From contig CM097885.1 of NCBI GenBank assembly GCA_044892525.1, positions 15,006,001 through 15,070,000 on the forward strand: DNA of 64,000 nt, read 5' to 3'. How positions within the stretch are numbered: position 1 is the stretch's first letter; each line of letters begins with the position of its first letter. Of this stretch, positions 28,053-43,080 are shown in pieces. Both the position numbers and the translations under genes were made by a program. The notes beneath the pieces are model-generated. The model did not search any database. It was not told where the DNA came from and saw nothing but the letters and a program-made list of their open reading frames with translations. This DNA comes from Schmidtea polychroa (taxonomy: Eukaryota).

Positions 28053-28789
28053 TGATTATTGACCTCAAATATAATTTTTTTGCCGATATCTTTGATTGGA
28101 ATTTTTCTTTTCTTTTACTTTTCTCATTGATTTCACACATTTCAACAAAATATAATTATTTAAATAAATTAAACATTTTTAAAAATTAATTTAAGATATT
28201 TAATATTTTAACTTAAATAAACTTTTCAATTTTCTTTACAATTTTTCTAACTTTTTGTTAATTGACATTAGTCTGCCTTTGGCACGTCGAGCTTGTTATG
28301 AATAATCGTCGGTTGCGGAATTATTTATAAAAGCATAACTTAAATAAATAGGTAAGCCAATTTCCACTGTACTCATATTTTGAAAAATTTTAAGCCAAAA
28401 TGGGTCCTGTTCACTCAAACAGTAAGAAAATTCTAGCAATCAAGAATCTTGATTCAAGATCAAATCCATTCAATGGTTTATGTACAATGCCTATAAAATT
28501 CGAAAAAAATACAGTGCTTCAAGTGAGATTTGTCAACAACCAATTTGCTAATGGCAGACTAATTTCAAGGTAAGATCCAAATAAGCTTAAAACTTATTTT
28601 CCAATATCGCATTACAACCAATTCAAGACCTAATTTTATAATTATTTTAACATTTAAAAAAGTGATAAAGTTATCTAATTATGACCTTCATTCAATTAGC
28701 AATATACAAATAAAATAATCCGAATGGATTTTTTTTACAACCTAATAGGTTAAATTATTAAATTATATATTATTGTTTAATACAACTTA

Positions 28790-28915
28790 TATTTATTAGA
28801 AAGCTTGACTATGATGAATCAATAAATATATCGATGTTTTTTTATATCTTTACTGATTTATAGTCAAGCTTTATAATAAATACAATGTCAATTGAAAATA
28901 AAAGTTCTTATAATA
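28790..28915. repeat. Head-to-head palindrome of a family-1 sister repeat, truncated before the ribozyme
   Basis: ATTTATTAGAAAGCTTGACTA...TAGTCAAGCTTTATAATAAAT; ends in the family tail AAAAGTTCTTATAATA; near-copy at 43358-43478. Confidence 0.7.
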
Positions 28916-29709
28916 AATAATACAACGATCTAGTAAATTAAGTTTAAAATAAATTTTTGAATTTTAAATTAAGTCTTGTGAGTATTTAAATAAATTTAAG
29001 CAAATAAATACCGTAATTATCCGAATATAAGACGCATCCAATATAAGACGCATCATTAAAAATTGACTGAATTCAAGAAAATATAAGTAACCCAAATATA
29101 AGACGCATGTATAATTATTACATTAAATTTATATTACATTAAATTTATTTTTTGTTTAAAATTAAAATTTCAGTTACTTAAATAATAATAATTATATAAA
29201 TATAATAAATATAATAAATATAATAATAAATATAATAAATATATAAAATATTCCATAGTTTAAACAAAATTAATTTTTAAACTATTGAAATGATCGCAAA
29301 TATAAACAATATATTTTTTAATAATTTTCATAATTGCAATCTCAAATCAATCATTTTTATCTTTCATTATTTTCAAAGTCAAATGAATTTTGTTTTTTAC
29401 AGAATTATTATTTAAATTAAAATATTTGTATTTTTACCTCAACCATCTAGCATTACAGCGATTCGATAGCAATATTAAACGGACGCAGCGGGAAATAACT
29501 AATCAAAATGGGGAGGTGTAATAACCTGGCTAAGTTATTAAATTTGGATGAATTGTAATGGAAATATCACAATTTTAATATATTTTTTTATACTTTCATA
29601 TTCAATTGTCTAATGAAGTTAAATATTCAATAACATTCAAATACTACAAACCAAATTTTAATAATAATAATAATAATAATATTATTAATATCTTATATAA
29701 TATTATTAT

Positions 29710-29960
<251 letters not shown>

Positions 29961-30683
29961 GATAATGGCTTGTCATTAGAAACAAATTTTCGTTAAATTT
30001 GTAAAATAGTCAAATAGATTTTGATATGTTTAACACGTGTTTATAGTTAAGTTTCACTGTCAATATTTGGCTCTTAAGTTATTGTTATTTGTATATATAA
30101 AAGAAATTAATCATGGGTATCAGAGCGTGATTACAGTTTCATAGTGAAGCTGGAGGAGAAATCGTTCGAAATATCAAATAAAAATTGTGTTCCATTGCTT
30201 TTGATTTTGAACGTTAAATGCAAATTGCAATACCTTCATTGTCAATGGGAAATAGTTATAAAGTGCCAGATGGATAAGTTATTGTTTTTATCTGAAAGTC
30301 CTGATATCCGCTAGCATTGTTGCAATCACCAATTGTTGGAATGAAAAGGACGGGCGTAGCCTATATTTTGTTTAGCGATATTCAAGTGTGTTTTAAATTT
30401 TGAAACGTGTTTAAGGGGTTTAAAGATGAATTTATTTTAATTTTTAATGAATTGTTATAATGAAAGAAAATGAATATAAAATGGCAAAACAAACTTGAAT
30501 CCCTAATTTCAAAGATACATAGTAAAACATTGATTGCCATATCGCTGGGACGGTAGCGGTCATCCGTGACCGGAGCTATTATATATTTTAGAATGATTAA
30601 AACAAAGTAAATATTATTGACTAAATTTTTTAAACAATGTAAACAAAACTCCTTCTGAACTCTCGGCAAACATTTATAATATA

Positions 30684-31979
30684 CGTAGTTCGTTCAATAA
30701 TGCATCGGACTAACAAAGAAAGAATAACAACACAAAAAACTGAAACAACTTTTATTGAACTACATCAATTACTAGTTCGAAAAACACATTTAATTATTTT
30801 TCTATATGACTACCATTGGCCTATTCCATCGAATAACCAAATCTTGAAATGCATCAGCAAAAAGATGTCCAGGAATCTGTGCAAACCACTGTTAAACAAA
30901 TTGCTGGAGTGAATCTGATGTCTCAAATGATGGCCATGCAATGCATTCTTTATGTGTTTGAACAAAAAAAGTCTCTCGGAGCCAGGTCCGGGCTGTAAGG
31001 TGGGTGTTGGAGAAGTCTAAAACCACTCTTTTCTGTTTAACATCGTAAACATTGCTTGTATTGACAGGAGCATTATCAACAAAGAGCCAAAGTGGAACAT
31101 TTCTTGATTTCCGTTTCTTTGCACGGCATTCCTCAACCAATTTTGCATAGTATTGACCATTTATTGTTTGTCCATTAGTCAATAAATCTAGGTGAATGAC
31201 TGCACTTTTGTCCCAAAAACACTGAGAGCATCAGTTTTTTTCAATGTGATTTGTCATTTCTCATTCTTTAGAGGAGGTTTCTCTTCTACATGTCTTCATT
31301 CAGATGATTCCCGTTTGGTTTCAGGTAAGTATAATGAAAGAGATGTTTCGTCCTCAGTAACAATATTATTAAGAAATGCATCACTATACTGATTCAACAG
31401 TTGCAAATTTGACAATGTGCTGTTGAGGTGCATTTCCTTCATGTCAGGAGACAGAAACTTTGGAAATAAATCGGGAGCATAATTTGAGATAGCCTAATTT
31501 CCCAATGATGTTGTGACAACTATCCAACACTTATTTTAAGTAATTCTGTTATTTCACACACCTTAGTTCGTCTTTCAACTCGAATAATCGCCTCACATTG
31601 CGTAATTTTTTGATCGGAAATTTCAGTTAGTCTGCCAACATTGGAATAATCCTGGTGCACACTTTCATAGCCATGCTTGAATAATGATATCCAACGATAT
31701 ATTGTGGATCTAGAAGGACATTTGTTACCATATGCAATTGCTATATCACAAAAATATTTCATCAGACGACTTCTTTAAAAGCACAGAATTTTATCACACT
31801 TCTGTATTCCACCTCATCCATTTGACGAAAAATGGAATTATAAGTACGTACGTCAGCCAATCAGATTATTTAATTTATGCATATAAACAAACATACGTGT
31901 AAGTGTTAAAACCAATTGGTTTGATTGGTTTATCATGTTTCTTTCTTAGTCAGTCCCAGCCATTATTGAACGAACTACG
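30684..31979 (-). mobile_element. Full-length mariner element (1296 bp) with a disrupted transposase
   Basis: Perfect 19-bp TIRs CGTAGTTCGTTCAATAATG with TA flanks; ATG at 31821; motifs IVTEDET, LFVDNAPV and HPPYSPDLAPRDFF. Confidence 0.95.
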
Positions 31980-32150
31980 TATGTTGAGCATAATGTGTTA
32001 ACGCTGTTTATAAAAATATTCTGTTGAATACACCTAGAATTTGATATTAACTCACTTAATTATTTTGATAACCAGTTTTATAAACATTTCAAAATACAAA
32101 AGAAAATATAATATTTATACATTTTAAAATGATCCTGTCAACTTGACATT

Positions 32151-32820
32151 TTAAGAAAGTGCTTTTTGATAGACAATGTTTTTTATTCTGCAATGTGGTG
32201 CAAAGATGAAGAGATTTTTGGTTGAACCAACTCTGGAGAAAGCAACATAAAGTTGACCATGTAAAAAAGAGGGCTCCTCCAGATTAATTCCTGAAACTTT
32301 TAGTGACTCTCCCTGCACTAAGTTATTTCGCTCCCTGATGCTCCCCATCCCTCCACCATGCAATTCTACTTCACTGAAATTAAAACATTTTTTCGTAAAT
32401 CCACCCTTATAAACATTTTTTGCTTCAAACACTGTGCCCTATCGTGACCTCTAGACCCCGTTTTATCGGGGTGTGACCTAACTGGTTCTGGTAGAGGGCT
32501 GTCATAAAAGCATGAACATTTGTTATTCAAACCCACCCAGAGGAACACTTATTGTTCCTGATAATTTTCTGAATTATTTTGTTTACTGGTACTTTGCTTA
32601 GTAACGAGAAAACTGGGTCACTAAAGGGTTAGGGTACCTAAATGAGGTACTCCACGGGGTCTAAATTGTTGGATCGAAATTATCCTATAAATGGGTAAAT
32701 GAGGAAGCTGTCCAAAATTTGGTTGAGATATATTCTGAAATTTGAATATATATTCATGGTCATATGAAGGTCTTTTGATGCGCCACCCCCAAGACCCCAC
32801 TAAAATAATAAACATGTTCT
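32151..32820 (-). mobile_element. Helitron remnant (C-terminus of the PIF1-like helicase)
   Basis: QGESLKVSGINLEEPSFLHGQLYVAFSRVG...KNIVYQKAL matches the usual end of Helitron RepHel proteins. Confidence 0.8.
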
Positions 32821-34417
32821 ATTGATTGTGATGTTTATTTATTTTAGAAGTTAGTCTTCTTACACCATATTTAAGATTGTAGCAATAAATCACGGTTTGA
32901 TTAGCCTAGGAGGTAGGACAATTCTGGTAATATAAGTTGAAGAGACGTAATTAAAAACAGAAATATAAACCAATTTAAAGGACTTTAAAACAGGAATGAG
33001 TTATTTTGGCGATTTGCTCCAGAAACTCCAAATGATTACACAAACGGTTATAATAAACAGAAGATATATAATTAAGGTTGATTAAAACAAAAATAAAGCA
33101 TTAAAATACCCCGAACATATTCCGTGATTACTAAATGAACATCTAACAGCGGGATTAAATAGAGAAATTATAAAATAAATTATTTCAACCACTCTCAAAT
33201 CACTTTCCCAAATCAAACATTTTATAATAAATTCTTCTTCATCAAAACCGGTTGTAAAGTGTCAAATCTTGTCATTATTGGCAAATCTATCAGTAGCCAA
33301 GACAGTGAAAGCTTAAGTATGAGTGAAGATTGATTTAGATGAAACCTGCTAGAAATTAATAACAATTTCATTGCACAGCCAGTCTCAAACAGAAAATTAG
33401 TCAACCATCACCGCACTGAAATCAGTCAAGCGTAAAAGTGATTTAATTTTCGTATATTAATATGCATATGAAAACGTTGTGCAGATTCTGCAAAGGTTGC
33501 AATTCACCATGGCTCAAGAGCATTTGATTGAACTGGAAATTACTATGTATATAAAACCAGAGAAATGATTGACATCTCTAATGAAGCATGCGTCTCGACA
33601 GATTAATATGAACAAATAAAAAGCAACCGGGCAACATGTCAATTTTGATAGAATTCCTGCCACATGATAAATAATGTTCGTGCGCCACTCATCGCCAGCC
33701 CATCCCAGCCATTAGCAGCAAATGTTCGATTCCAAAAATCATTTCCAATATGACCAGGTTAGATTTTCGAAATCTCTTAGTAAAGTTTTGATAAGCGCGA
33801 GACAGAATGCGAGTGTGCGAATAAGTATGCCTTTTATATGAATCACACGTAAGCTCGACCGCGAATTTCTCGTTTTGAAGCATTAATTTGATTTTTGATT
33901 TTCTCAATGAGCGAATCCGATTTGTGTGGTCAGATTTTGATTGACAGATGGTAAATTGTATTGGTGTTGTACTTTCATAGTTCCATCGCATATTGTGCCC
34001 ATTCCAGCTTCCTCTGCGAATGCGAGTGTGTGATGTGTATATGGGCATGTTGTCTCGTCTCGCCTCATTGCTTAATGCGGGTTTCTTGGTCTCATGTGTT
34101 ACTGAATTTTTAGTTGTCAGTTTGCGGAACTTTAAACCATAATTTCTGATTATATGTATTTTTGTTTTCACTGTAAGCTATGTGATATATTTTCAATTTT
34201 GATAAAATATCCTATGTCCCAGTCTATTCATTGGTATCAACGGATCATGTTTGGATTATTCATTTCAAAATTTAGTATGTTTTTAATTTTTATTTTACAT
34301 ACACTTTTATTGAAAATATTATTATAAAAATTAAATATATTCAAAGTTCATTAGTTATGAAAGGTATAAAATCTTCAGAGATTTATTATCAGATTTATTA
34401 TTATTATTATTATCATT

Positions 34418-34655
34418 ATTATAAGAACTTTTTTTCCAATTTCACCACTGATTATTTTTTCCATTGAATTTTTTAAAAAGAGAGCTTGAAGACTAAAAAT
34501 CAGTAATATATCGATGTTCTTTGATGCTCACGAATTTTCGGCACTGCCTTTTTCAAGTGAATTTCTTGAATTCACTTGAAAAAGGCAGTGCCGAAAATTC
34601 GTGAGTATCAAAAAACATCGATATATTACTGATTTATAGTCTTCAAGCTCTCTTA
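34418..34655. mobile_element. Head-to-head pair of family-1 repeats with hammerheads on both strands
   Basis: Ribozyme motif on - at 34527-34562 and on + at 34570-34606; (TTA)n on both sides. Confidence 0.78.
34570..34606 (+). ncRNA. Minimal type I hammerhead ribozyme, U3:A8 variant
   Basis: ATTCAC-TTGAAAA-A-GGCagtGCC-GAAA-ATTC^GTGAGT; predicted cut after 34600. Confidence 0.75.
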
Positions 34656-34680
34656 TTATTATTAATATTATTATTATTAC

Positions 34681-34722
<42 letters not shown>

Positions 34723-34952
34723 GATTATTATTATTATTATTATTAAATGTTTAAAAAATACCTTGTCCTCGTTAATATCTCAAAGCTTGATATAAAAATG
34801 AAATTTAAAAAACTTAAAAGTGCAATATATAAATATATACATATAAAACCGCCCCATGTGTCCTCAATGTTCACTTACTGTCAAAATTAGCAACTAGGTG
34901 GAAATCATATACCACCCACTCTTTGAGTCTGCATTGCAGCCATATTTATTGC

Positions 34953-35166
<214 letters not shown>

Positions 35167-35445
35167 GTTACTAATAAGATTTTAAATCTTTTGGTAAGAA
35201 AACCTGCGAGCCATGTCGTTTTATGACTTTGACAAAAACTAAGAGGGGTTTAGAACTGGAGCTTCGTTTTTCGAATCCATAAATGTCTGCGATATTCACG
35301 AAAAATTTATTTGCACATGATTTATTTGTATAGACGAAAACTTGAAAATCTTTTAACTATTAAATTAAACAAAATTTTTTTCAAAATAAATAAAAATTTT
35401 TTTTTGTTTCCAAAAGTTTATCATTGATCATTGCAGCTAAAAGAG

Positions 35446-35590
35446 TCACTTGAAAAAGGCTGTGCCGAAAATTTGTGAATATCAAAAAAACATCGATATC
35501 TTTACTGATTCATAATAAAACTTTTTAATGAATAAAATGTCAATTGACAAGAAATCAATGGTGAAAATTAAAAAAAGTTCTTATAATATT
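35446..35590 (+). mobile_element. Solo family-1 repeat with hammerhead (U at position 17)
   Basis: TCAC-TTGAAAA-A-GGC(tgt)GCC-GAAA-ATTT-GTGA ... AAAAGTTCTTATAATA. Confidence 0.7.
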
Positions 35591-37199
35591 ATAAAAACAA
35601 TACACTTGAAAAATGAAAAGAATTATCCATTACATCATAATTACATGACCACATTGTCAGGAATATTTATCCTTCATGAACCCCATGTGCAATTAAAATG
35701 CTTTTTGGATTGTAATCAAAAAGGAAAAAAAGAAGAAATATATAAATTGGTTATAGTCCTTGGTAATTTCCAACACGCCCCCCCCCCATCATATACAAAA
35801 GGGAATTCGATTCTGTTATTCAGATTTTCAGAAATACCCGCCATCACATCCGTTATCCTATTTGCAAAAGATACTAATATTGGCGCTTGACAACACAAAA
35901 TAAATAAATATAATAAAAACATAAAGCATAAAATCTAAGTGAAAATCAATTAATAAAAAACATTAGAAACTCTAGCCCATGGAAAACCTGAGCAGTGTTA
36001 GAAACAAAATTATTCAAGTAAGTCGCACCAAATAGATGAATGAGGAAAACCCGAGGCAAAACGGAACCCGTCTGCAAATTCGGGCAAAATTACCACAAAG
36101 TAAATGAACTATCCGAAGGCCTGAAAGCTTCAATTTGAAGATAAATTTGGTTTGTGTGGGAAGCCCGGAGAAAGAGATGCTGAAAAATTGACAAAACCAA
36201 TTTGAGTGAGAGAGAATTTAATTGCATGTCCAATATAAAAACAATAGGCAAGCCAATCGAATTGCCAGTTGGTCGAAAAGAAAAAAACATTAGTGAAAAG
36301 AAAGTTGAATTCAAAAACTTGGTAACAGCCAAACTAAGTTGAGTCATAACGTAACAGAAAGAGAGATCTCCCATTGAAAGTCTTATCCCCATGCCAGACT
36401 AAAAGTGTTATTGATAATTGTGTTGAATAAAGTGTTATTAAAAGTGGTGTAAAGTGAAATTGTTAATTAAAGTGTGTGGATAATAAAAGTGTAATTGTGA
36501 TGATTTTGAATAGATCTTATTGTGACGGGTTGTTCGATTTATTTGACTAAGGACAGCGATGAGTCAGATATTGATATCGACTTTCATAAATACCCAACAC
36601 TAAATACAATTAAAATTATTTTTACAGATTATTTCTATCACATATGGTGGCATAGCTACAAGTATTTTAATTGCACACGAACTTTATGGACTCCCTCACG
36701 TCACGTAAAGCCCTGAAAATATTGATTTTTAAATTTTTAATTAATTTTGAACTCAAATTTTAATTGATTTTATATTCAAATTTTATTTCTGGGTTCCTTT
36801 ATATAACTACGGCAAGATTATAATGACAATTAATTAGTGAAGCTGATGGGAGATTATGGGGAGCGATAATCACACAAATTGACTTTCGGTCTTAGATAAA
36901 GAAACATTGAGAAAACGAGAATAGGCTAAAGAGGAAACTTATAATAGGAAATTGATCAACAAAAAGAGGAACTCGGAAGTATTTGGATGATATTATCGTG
37001 ATTATCGTTGGAAACCGCACAAATGTTCAAGTCTCAAATCCTTGGATAGCAGTTCTTTTACAGATTTCATATGATTCTCTGAATTTGGATTGGGGGACAC
37101 TGAATGACAGTGATGCGGCGGTACAGTCGGGAGTCCAACAATATGATCCTTATTATTATTACGTGGCGCGTTAAATAAGAACTTGGACTAGGAATAGGT

Positions 37200-38090
37200 A
37201 TATTTTAAGTTAAGTACAACTAGATTAAACAGGTGATGGTCTACACACTTTCTCCAGCGATGCAAGAGTTTTACAAAAGGAATTTTTCAAGAAAGGAATC
37301 CATTTTCTCAATCATTGCTATTGTTTCCGCACTTTCGTGCATTAGGGTTTTGTTTTGAAGTAGTCATAGAGGGAGACCCCGTGGCTTTCGGTGTTACGCC
37401 TGTATGTGTCCACGAGATTACTGTAATAGGTGGAATTAATTCGCAGACATTTTTCAGTGAAATCCGTAAAAATTATGCCACTTTGATCCAAATAAATTGT
37501 CAACATAAATTATTTTCGATGACAAGTTTAAGATCTTATCTTGTTTTATCCAAAGTATTTCCATTTGCTGGCCTCACGCTTTGTCTCAGGAATATACCGG
37601 AATAAAGTGGTTTCATTCACAATAATGGTATATCTTAGGAATTGGTCACCAATTAGTTACCAATGGTCACTCACCATAATCATAAAAAAATGTAAAGTTT
37701 GCCGTGCAGTATTCCCTCTGGTTTTCATACATTTCTGAGGAAATAAAACGTGGATCGAATCTGGATATCAATTTTATTAATCCAGATCCATTTAGGATGG
37801 CATCCACACTTCTGGTACTTACATTTGACCGATGTGAGATATCCTTAATTTAGTGTTCTTATTTCAAAATTTTTAAACATTACTCTCTCTTTTGACAAGA
37901 AATTTCACAGGAGCAATCAATGTTCTCATCATCAAACACTGACTGGCGACCATGTTTGAACTAACTAAACCAATCGTTTATTATGGTACGAAAGGGGCAT
38001 ATATTGCCATGAGCTGTTTGCAACTAATTCCATATTTACTGGTTGCTATTACCATGCAAAACAAGAATTTTATCACACTTCGAAACACGA
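37200..38090 (-). mobile_element. Highly decayed mariner element
   Basis: Fragments FLRYTIIVNETTLFRYIPETKREASKW, LDQSGIIFTDF, INSTYYSNLV and LHRWRKCV. Confidence 0.65.
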
Positions 38091-38138
38091 CATGATATAG
38101 TATGATTTGACAAATAAATTGAAAATAAGCTCTCCCAC

Positions 38139-38680
38139 TAGACACCGTAACTATTTCGCGCCAGACAAAGCCGCGCCAATTAAAGTTTTCAAATTAAGCA
38201 AAACCTAATTGGTGAAATCTTTCCTGACTTGCAGTTAGTTAGATGCTTGTTTCATTTCGGACAGAATCTCTGGCGCAAGGTCCAAGATTTAAATATTGCA
38301 ACAGCATACCGCCATGACGAAAATCTAAGAATGCACATCAAAATGATGTTGGTTCTAAGCTTTGTTCCTGTAGTTGATGTTCCTGGTGTTTTCAATGAAT
38401 TTGATCAACCATTGATCAACTACTAGGAAGATATTTACATAGGCCGACGTAAAAATCCAAGATTTTATTTACAACTGTAGAATGTTCATGCTCGCATCAT
38501 CGACAACATACCGCATACCAACAACTGGCACCGAGGCCTCGCACCGATCTCTTCAACAGACAGTTGATTGCCAGCACCCGTCCGTCTACAAACTAGTAAC
38601 AGTTACTATTGAAATAATTATATAGATTTGAATTGTATTTTTTTAACTTTTTTCATTGCGCGCAATTGTCGGGTCACTCT
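38139..38680 (+). mobile_element. Mutator-like (MULE) transposase remnant
   Basis: CLFHFGQNLWRKVQDL...LSFVP...NVHARIIDNIPHTNN...QHPSVYKLV; GC-rich termini CAGACAAAGCCGCGCC / GCGCGCAATTGTCGGG. Confidence 0.75.
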
Positions 38681-40083
38681 TCAACTCTGATATGCAGGTG
38701 AATATTAAAACAAAATATTTTTGTAATATTATGATTTCACTAGAATATTGTTAAAGCACTCTTATTGTAGTCCGGGTACTTATAGTGTCGAGCCACTAAA
38801 TAAATACAAACTAATCAAAGTAATTCACGAAGCAAAATTAAAAAAAATTAGAATTAACACATTGACTCATGAGCGACCATTCTATTTTTCGATTAATTTA
38901 AACACATTTTATTAAATGCGATCAAACAATGTTGGAAAAACCCAAGACAAAAAAAATTAATAAAAAAATTTAATTTAAAGAGGCTTCCTGTTTTTTTAAT
39001 GTTATTAATTATATCTGAAAATCAATGATTTCAAATCATCTTATTTGTATAAAAACTTTCAATATTAATTAACGTTCTGGTTTAAAAAAAGTGTTCTATT
39101 TTGTAAATAAACGAAAAAAAGTCCTATTTTGTATCATGCCCCAAATATTTATTATACACATGTATTTATTTTCAACTCTCTTCCGCCCTAGAAAAATTGT
39201 CTACTTGGTAAAACAAATATTTTTGCCCCCCCCCTCCCCCTCCCCATTTGCAAAAATTCCTGCGGACGCCCATGTATTGACTGTCACAATAAGAAACATT
39301 TACAACCCCTACGTCCACATTTTATGCAACTCAACATGTTTGATAATAATAATATAAATAATATAAAAAATATAAAAAATTGGACTTATAGGAATTTTAT
39401 AAACTGTAGGCGTATTTTTTTAAAAATAAAAATGAATAATTAAATATCATCATTTTCCAGACGAAGAAATTCAGATAGGAAATCTTTAGTTCCCATGTGC
39501 TTTAATTAGTAATTGAAATTTGATTGGTCTTTTATCAGCCAATCAGATTCGTGATAATTAAAAGTTTATACAAAGAATAATTATTAAAAGTATCGTTTTT
39601 ATTAAAAAAAATTATTTATCATTGAATATTTTCTCAAAATTTTTCGAATAGAAAAATCATTTTATTTATTATTTTATTTTATTATTTTTTATTTAAAAGA
39701 ATTTAATATTCTGATGTTTCAATGCCAAAGGTCAAATATCCCTAAATTTGATGTGCGCAATCGATCGGATTGGATAGGGGGCCATTAATGCACAATTAGA
39801 AATGTCATTTTTCAAATGATAAGTGGACTGGAAAAAAATTGTTAATTGTATTATTTTTTAAAATGCGATTTATTCGCCAATGATTCACTAATTTCCTATG
39901 GGAAAAACTATTTAATTGACAAAAATAATTTTTTGTTTTAATATTTATTATATCGGATAAGTTAATATAAATATTTATTTAAAAAATATTTTTAAAATTA
40001 TAATTAGATTATATTGTTTAAAATGTTGGACATCGTCCCTCCTGCCATATGTTCAAGGGTAAGAATAAACTAGCTAAGCAGGT

Positions 40084-41600
40084 CAGTGTTCCGCAAACTT
40101 ATTGTGTTCGAGGTACACCTAACAAATCAAAAATTTTTGAGGTACACAAAAGAATAAACCAATATTAATCATTATAATATGAGAAGATGTTTAATGAGAA
40201 ATGTGAGCCTGCTTAACGGAGCACAAACGGTCAAAATTTAGAGCAATCTCAATTTTCTTAAATCATTCTCGGCGTTCTCTTTTTCTGATTTAACCGTAGT
40301 GAGAGTTGAAAACCAAAATTCAATGATAAGAGAATGGCAATAGCATGCTTTGGACGCAGTGGATATTCATTTTTTATATGAAGCCTAAACTGTGATAGCT
40401 CTGTTTCGCAAATTTTAGTTTTAATGTCCGATCAGTTTTTATCGGTAAGTATCCAAGGGAAATGCTACCCGAGAATGAATTTCGTACCCAATATACAGGG
40501 TGCAGGTCACATTCAGGAAAATGGAGTTCATTTTTAATTCTAATACCTCCAAGTGTTTCACTATTAAAGCATGCACTTTTTTTCTGAATCGGCAGCCATG
40601 ACATTTGGGAACATTTCATTACTTCCATTGGTAGTGTGGGTGATCCATAACACCAACTTAACGCGAAAGCTTTCAATCTTGTTCGATGATGTTAAAATAT
40701 TATAATTCATCCCTTGCATTCTTTTGTTGATCTAATCTAAATGAGTGAAAATATCTGCCAGGTATGCAAGTTAAGGTTTATATAGAAGCCCATGTTATAA
40801 ATCCCCTAAGTTTTCCCGTCATTGTTGCTGATCTGTCTGTGCAAATACTTATACAATTGTGCTATTCCAAATTACGCTCTGGTACTGGTCCTTTACTTTG
40901 AATATCTTTTCTCCAGTGTTATAGCCAGGTAGTGGCAGACAAAATAAAAGTCCTCTTTTATTTCATACCCTTCAGTGTACCTCACTCGTCAACTTGTATT
41001 GCCAAAACTCCTCTAAGCCTTAATTTTTCAATTAACGTCAATTCAATGTCGCTAGAAATATCATAAACACGACGTGAGATCGTATCTGCTGACGCAGGTA
41101 TTTTTTAGATTTCCTTAGTGATTTCTTGGCTAATTATAATGTTGACAAATTCTCTGCTGACAGGTAAAATTAAAGTTTCAGCAAGAAAATGAGGTTTATT
41201 GGATTTAACTTGTATATTAGCGTTCATGTAACTTGCTCTTTGTGTTTTATATGATGTTTTGAAAGACGAACTCGCGAGAGTTACCTGTTTCTTAGACTGG
41301 TCTTTCAAACGTTGAAAATGCCAGTCTTTTTGAGCCACTGATGGGTGCTTAGTAGTTAAATGTCGTAAAAGTTTACTGGGTATCATCAAATTATTACCCA
41401 AAGTTTCTCTATAAACTAGACATTTTGGGATCGGGCATGTTTCGTCTCCACAATATATAAAGCCATAACTTACATTGCTCTTATCATACTTTCTTCGTTG
41501 ACTCTGCTTCTTCTTGGGAATCATTAGTTTCACTTGACAAACTTGCGACACTTTTAACGAATTTACACGTATTATGGGGTATTTATTTTTACACCTGTTT
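40084..41600 (-). mobile_element. hAT (Charlie/Buster, ZBED5/8-like) remnant
   Basis: ORF 41105-41551 RKYDKSNVSYGF...PSKLLRHLTTKHP; further fragments LAYLADIF and QAHISH; terminus CAGTGTTCCGCAAACT at 40084. Confidence 0.85.
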
Positions 41601-41849
41601 GCATGAAATAAAAGGATCTATAATATAAAAATAATTTAAATCTTACTTGATGGTTGATATATAAATAAACTAACTTAAAACTTGTTTTTCTCATACACCA
41701 ACAGGCAATTGATTATCATCGAATGGACATTGATTTAGCTTTTTCATAATATAAATATTAACTTACCTATAATAAATATGTGCGTGTCATAGCCAGATGT
41801 GACATTGAATCATATCAGTCATTTATAACCGAATCGACTGTGAAACGAT

Positions 41850-42180
41850 GGCTCTGGATTCATTTTAATCCACGATATTGCATCCATCCACAATAATATA
41901 TCTTCATTGAATAATCAAATTGAAAAGTTGCCATATAATCTATTTTTGAACCCCATCGAAAATGTGTTTAGCAAAATTAAAAATGGGGTAAGGACTAAAG
42001 TTTCTTCGGCTGGTGGATTCAGCAGACAGATTTACCTTGAATGACTGCTTTACTGCAATACCCCAAGCAGTTAACGAGGAACTTCGAAAACCAGATCATA
42101 GTAATTTCAAAAATCATATATTAATTTGAATAATCATATTAAAGATTCTTCCCTAAATGCTTGAAGAAACTGGATATTTT
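41850..42180 (+). mobile_element. Tc1/IS630-like fragment
   Basis: LPYNLFLNPIENVFSKIK resembles the PYSPFLNPIE motif. Confidence 0.5.
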
Positions 42181-42929
42181 AGGTAAACTATGAAATATTT
42201 AATGTATATTTAAATAAATAAATAAATAAATATCTTACTTTTTTATCCGTTATTTTAACATAAAAACCTAAAATATAACTAAAACAAAAACAAAGCTCAA
42301 TTGACATTGCTAAATGAATGTCTCATTAATGATAATCAAATGCGCTTTGGTGTAAATGGTGAATACACATCAACCTGTATTATAGAGATCGAGAAAAGAT
42401 AAACATGAATACACTAATTTTAAATTTTGTAGAGGTTGCTGGTCAATATTATTTAAGAAATCCAAATTAATTAATTAATTAATCCTTTCCATTAATGGTG
42501 TTGCAGTTCTAATCAACCAACATAATTTTTAAAATTAAAACAAAACGAATAATTAATCGTTAATCATTTTATTACCTTATAAATTTTTTATTTACTGGCT
42601 AAAATTGCTTGGAAAATATACATTTGTGATGACATTTATCATAGTAAACGTATTGTCTTAAAAATAAAAATAACTTTAAGATTTTTGGTTTTTATTGTAA
42701 AATATATGTAAATGGACATGAGAGAAAGAAAAGAATATTTTCCATAAATTGAAAGGTTGTAATTAACGGTAGATAAGAATCTTTCTTTGGAAATTTTTAC
42801 TCTCTATATCAGCGTTTCTCAACCGCTGGCCCGCAACCCAATATTGGGCCGCGGAAAATAAAATTGGTCCGCGTACAAAGAATAGATAGATTTTTGTTCC
42901 ACAATACGTTTTGGGCTGAGTAACTTCGC

Positions 42930-43080
42930 TGATGTATGTCTGTGTGTGCCACGCAAATTTTGTGAGGCTAAATTAACCTACTTTCCGTGATCGTATTGAG
43001 TTGAAATTTGGATTCGTTGTCGAGAACACTGCATGGTATCCAAATCTCAAATCGATCCTATCACGGAAAGTGGGTTAATT
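42930..43080. repeat. Hairpin-forming repeat following a TGTA/TGTC microsatellite (DINE-1/Helentron-like layout)
   Basis: Inverted repeat TTAACCTACTTTCCGTGAT...ATCACGGAAAGTGGGTTAA (42973-43078); a related start occurs near 51270. Confidence 0.5.

Noticed and set aside
33689..34171. 160-aa minus-strand ORF
   Set aside because: No identifiable domain, start context or splice structure; probably a decayed repeat.
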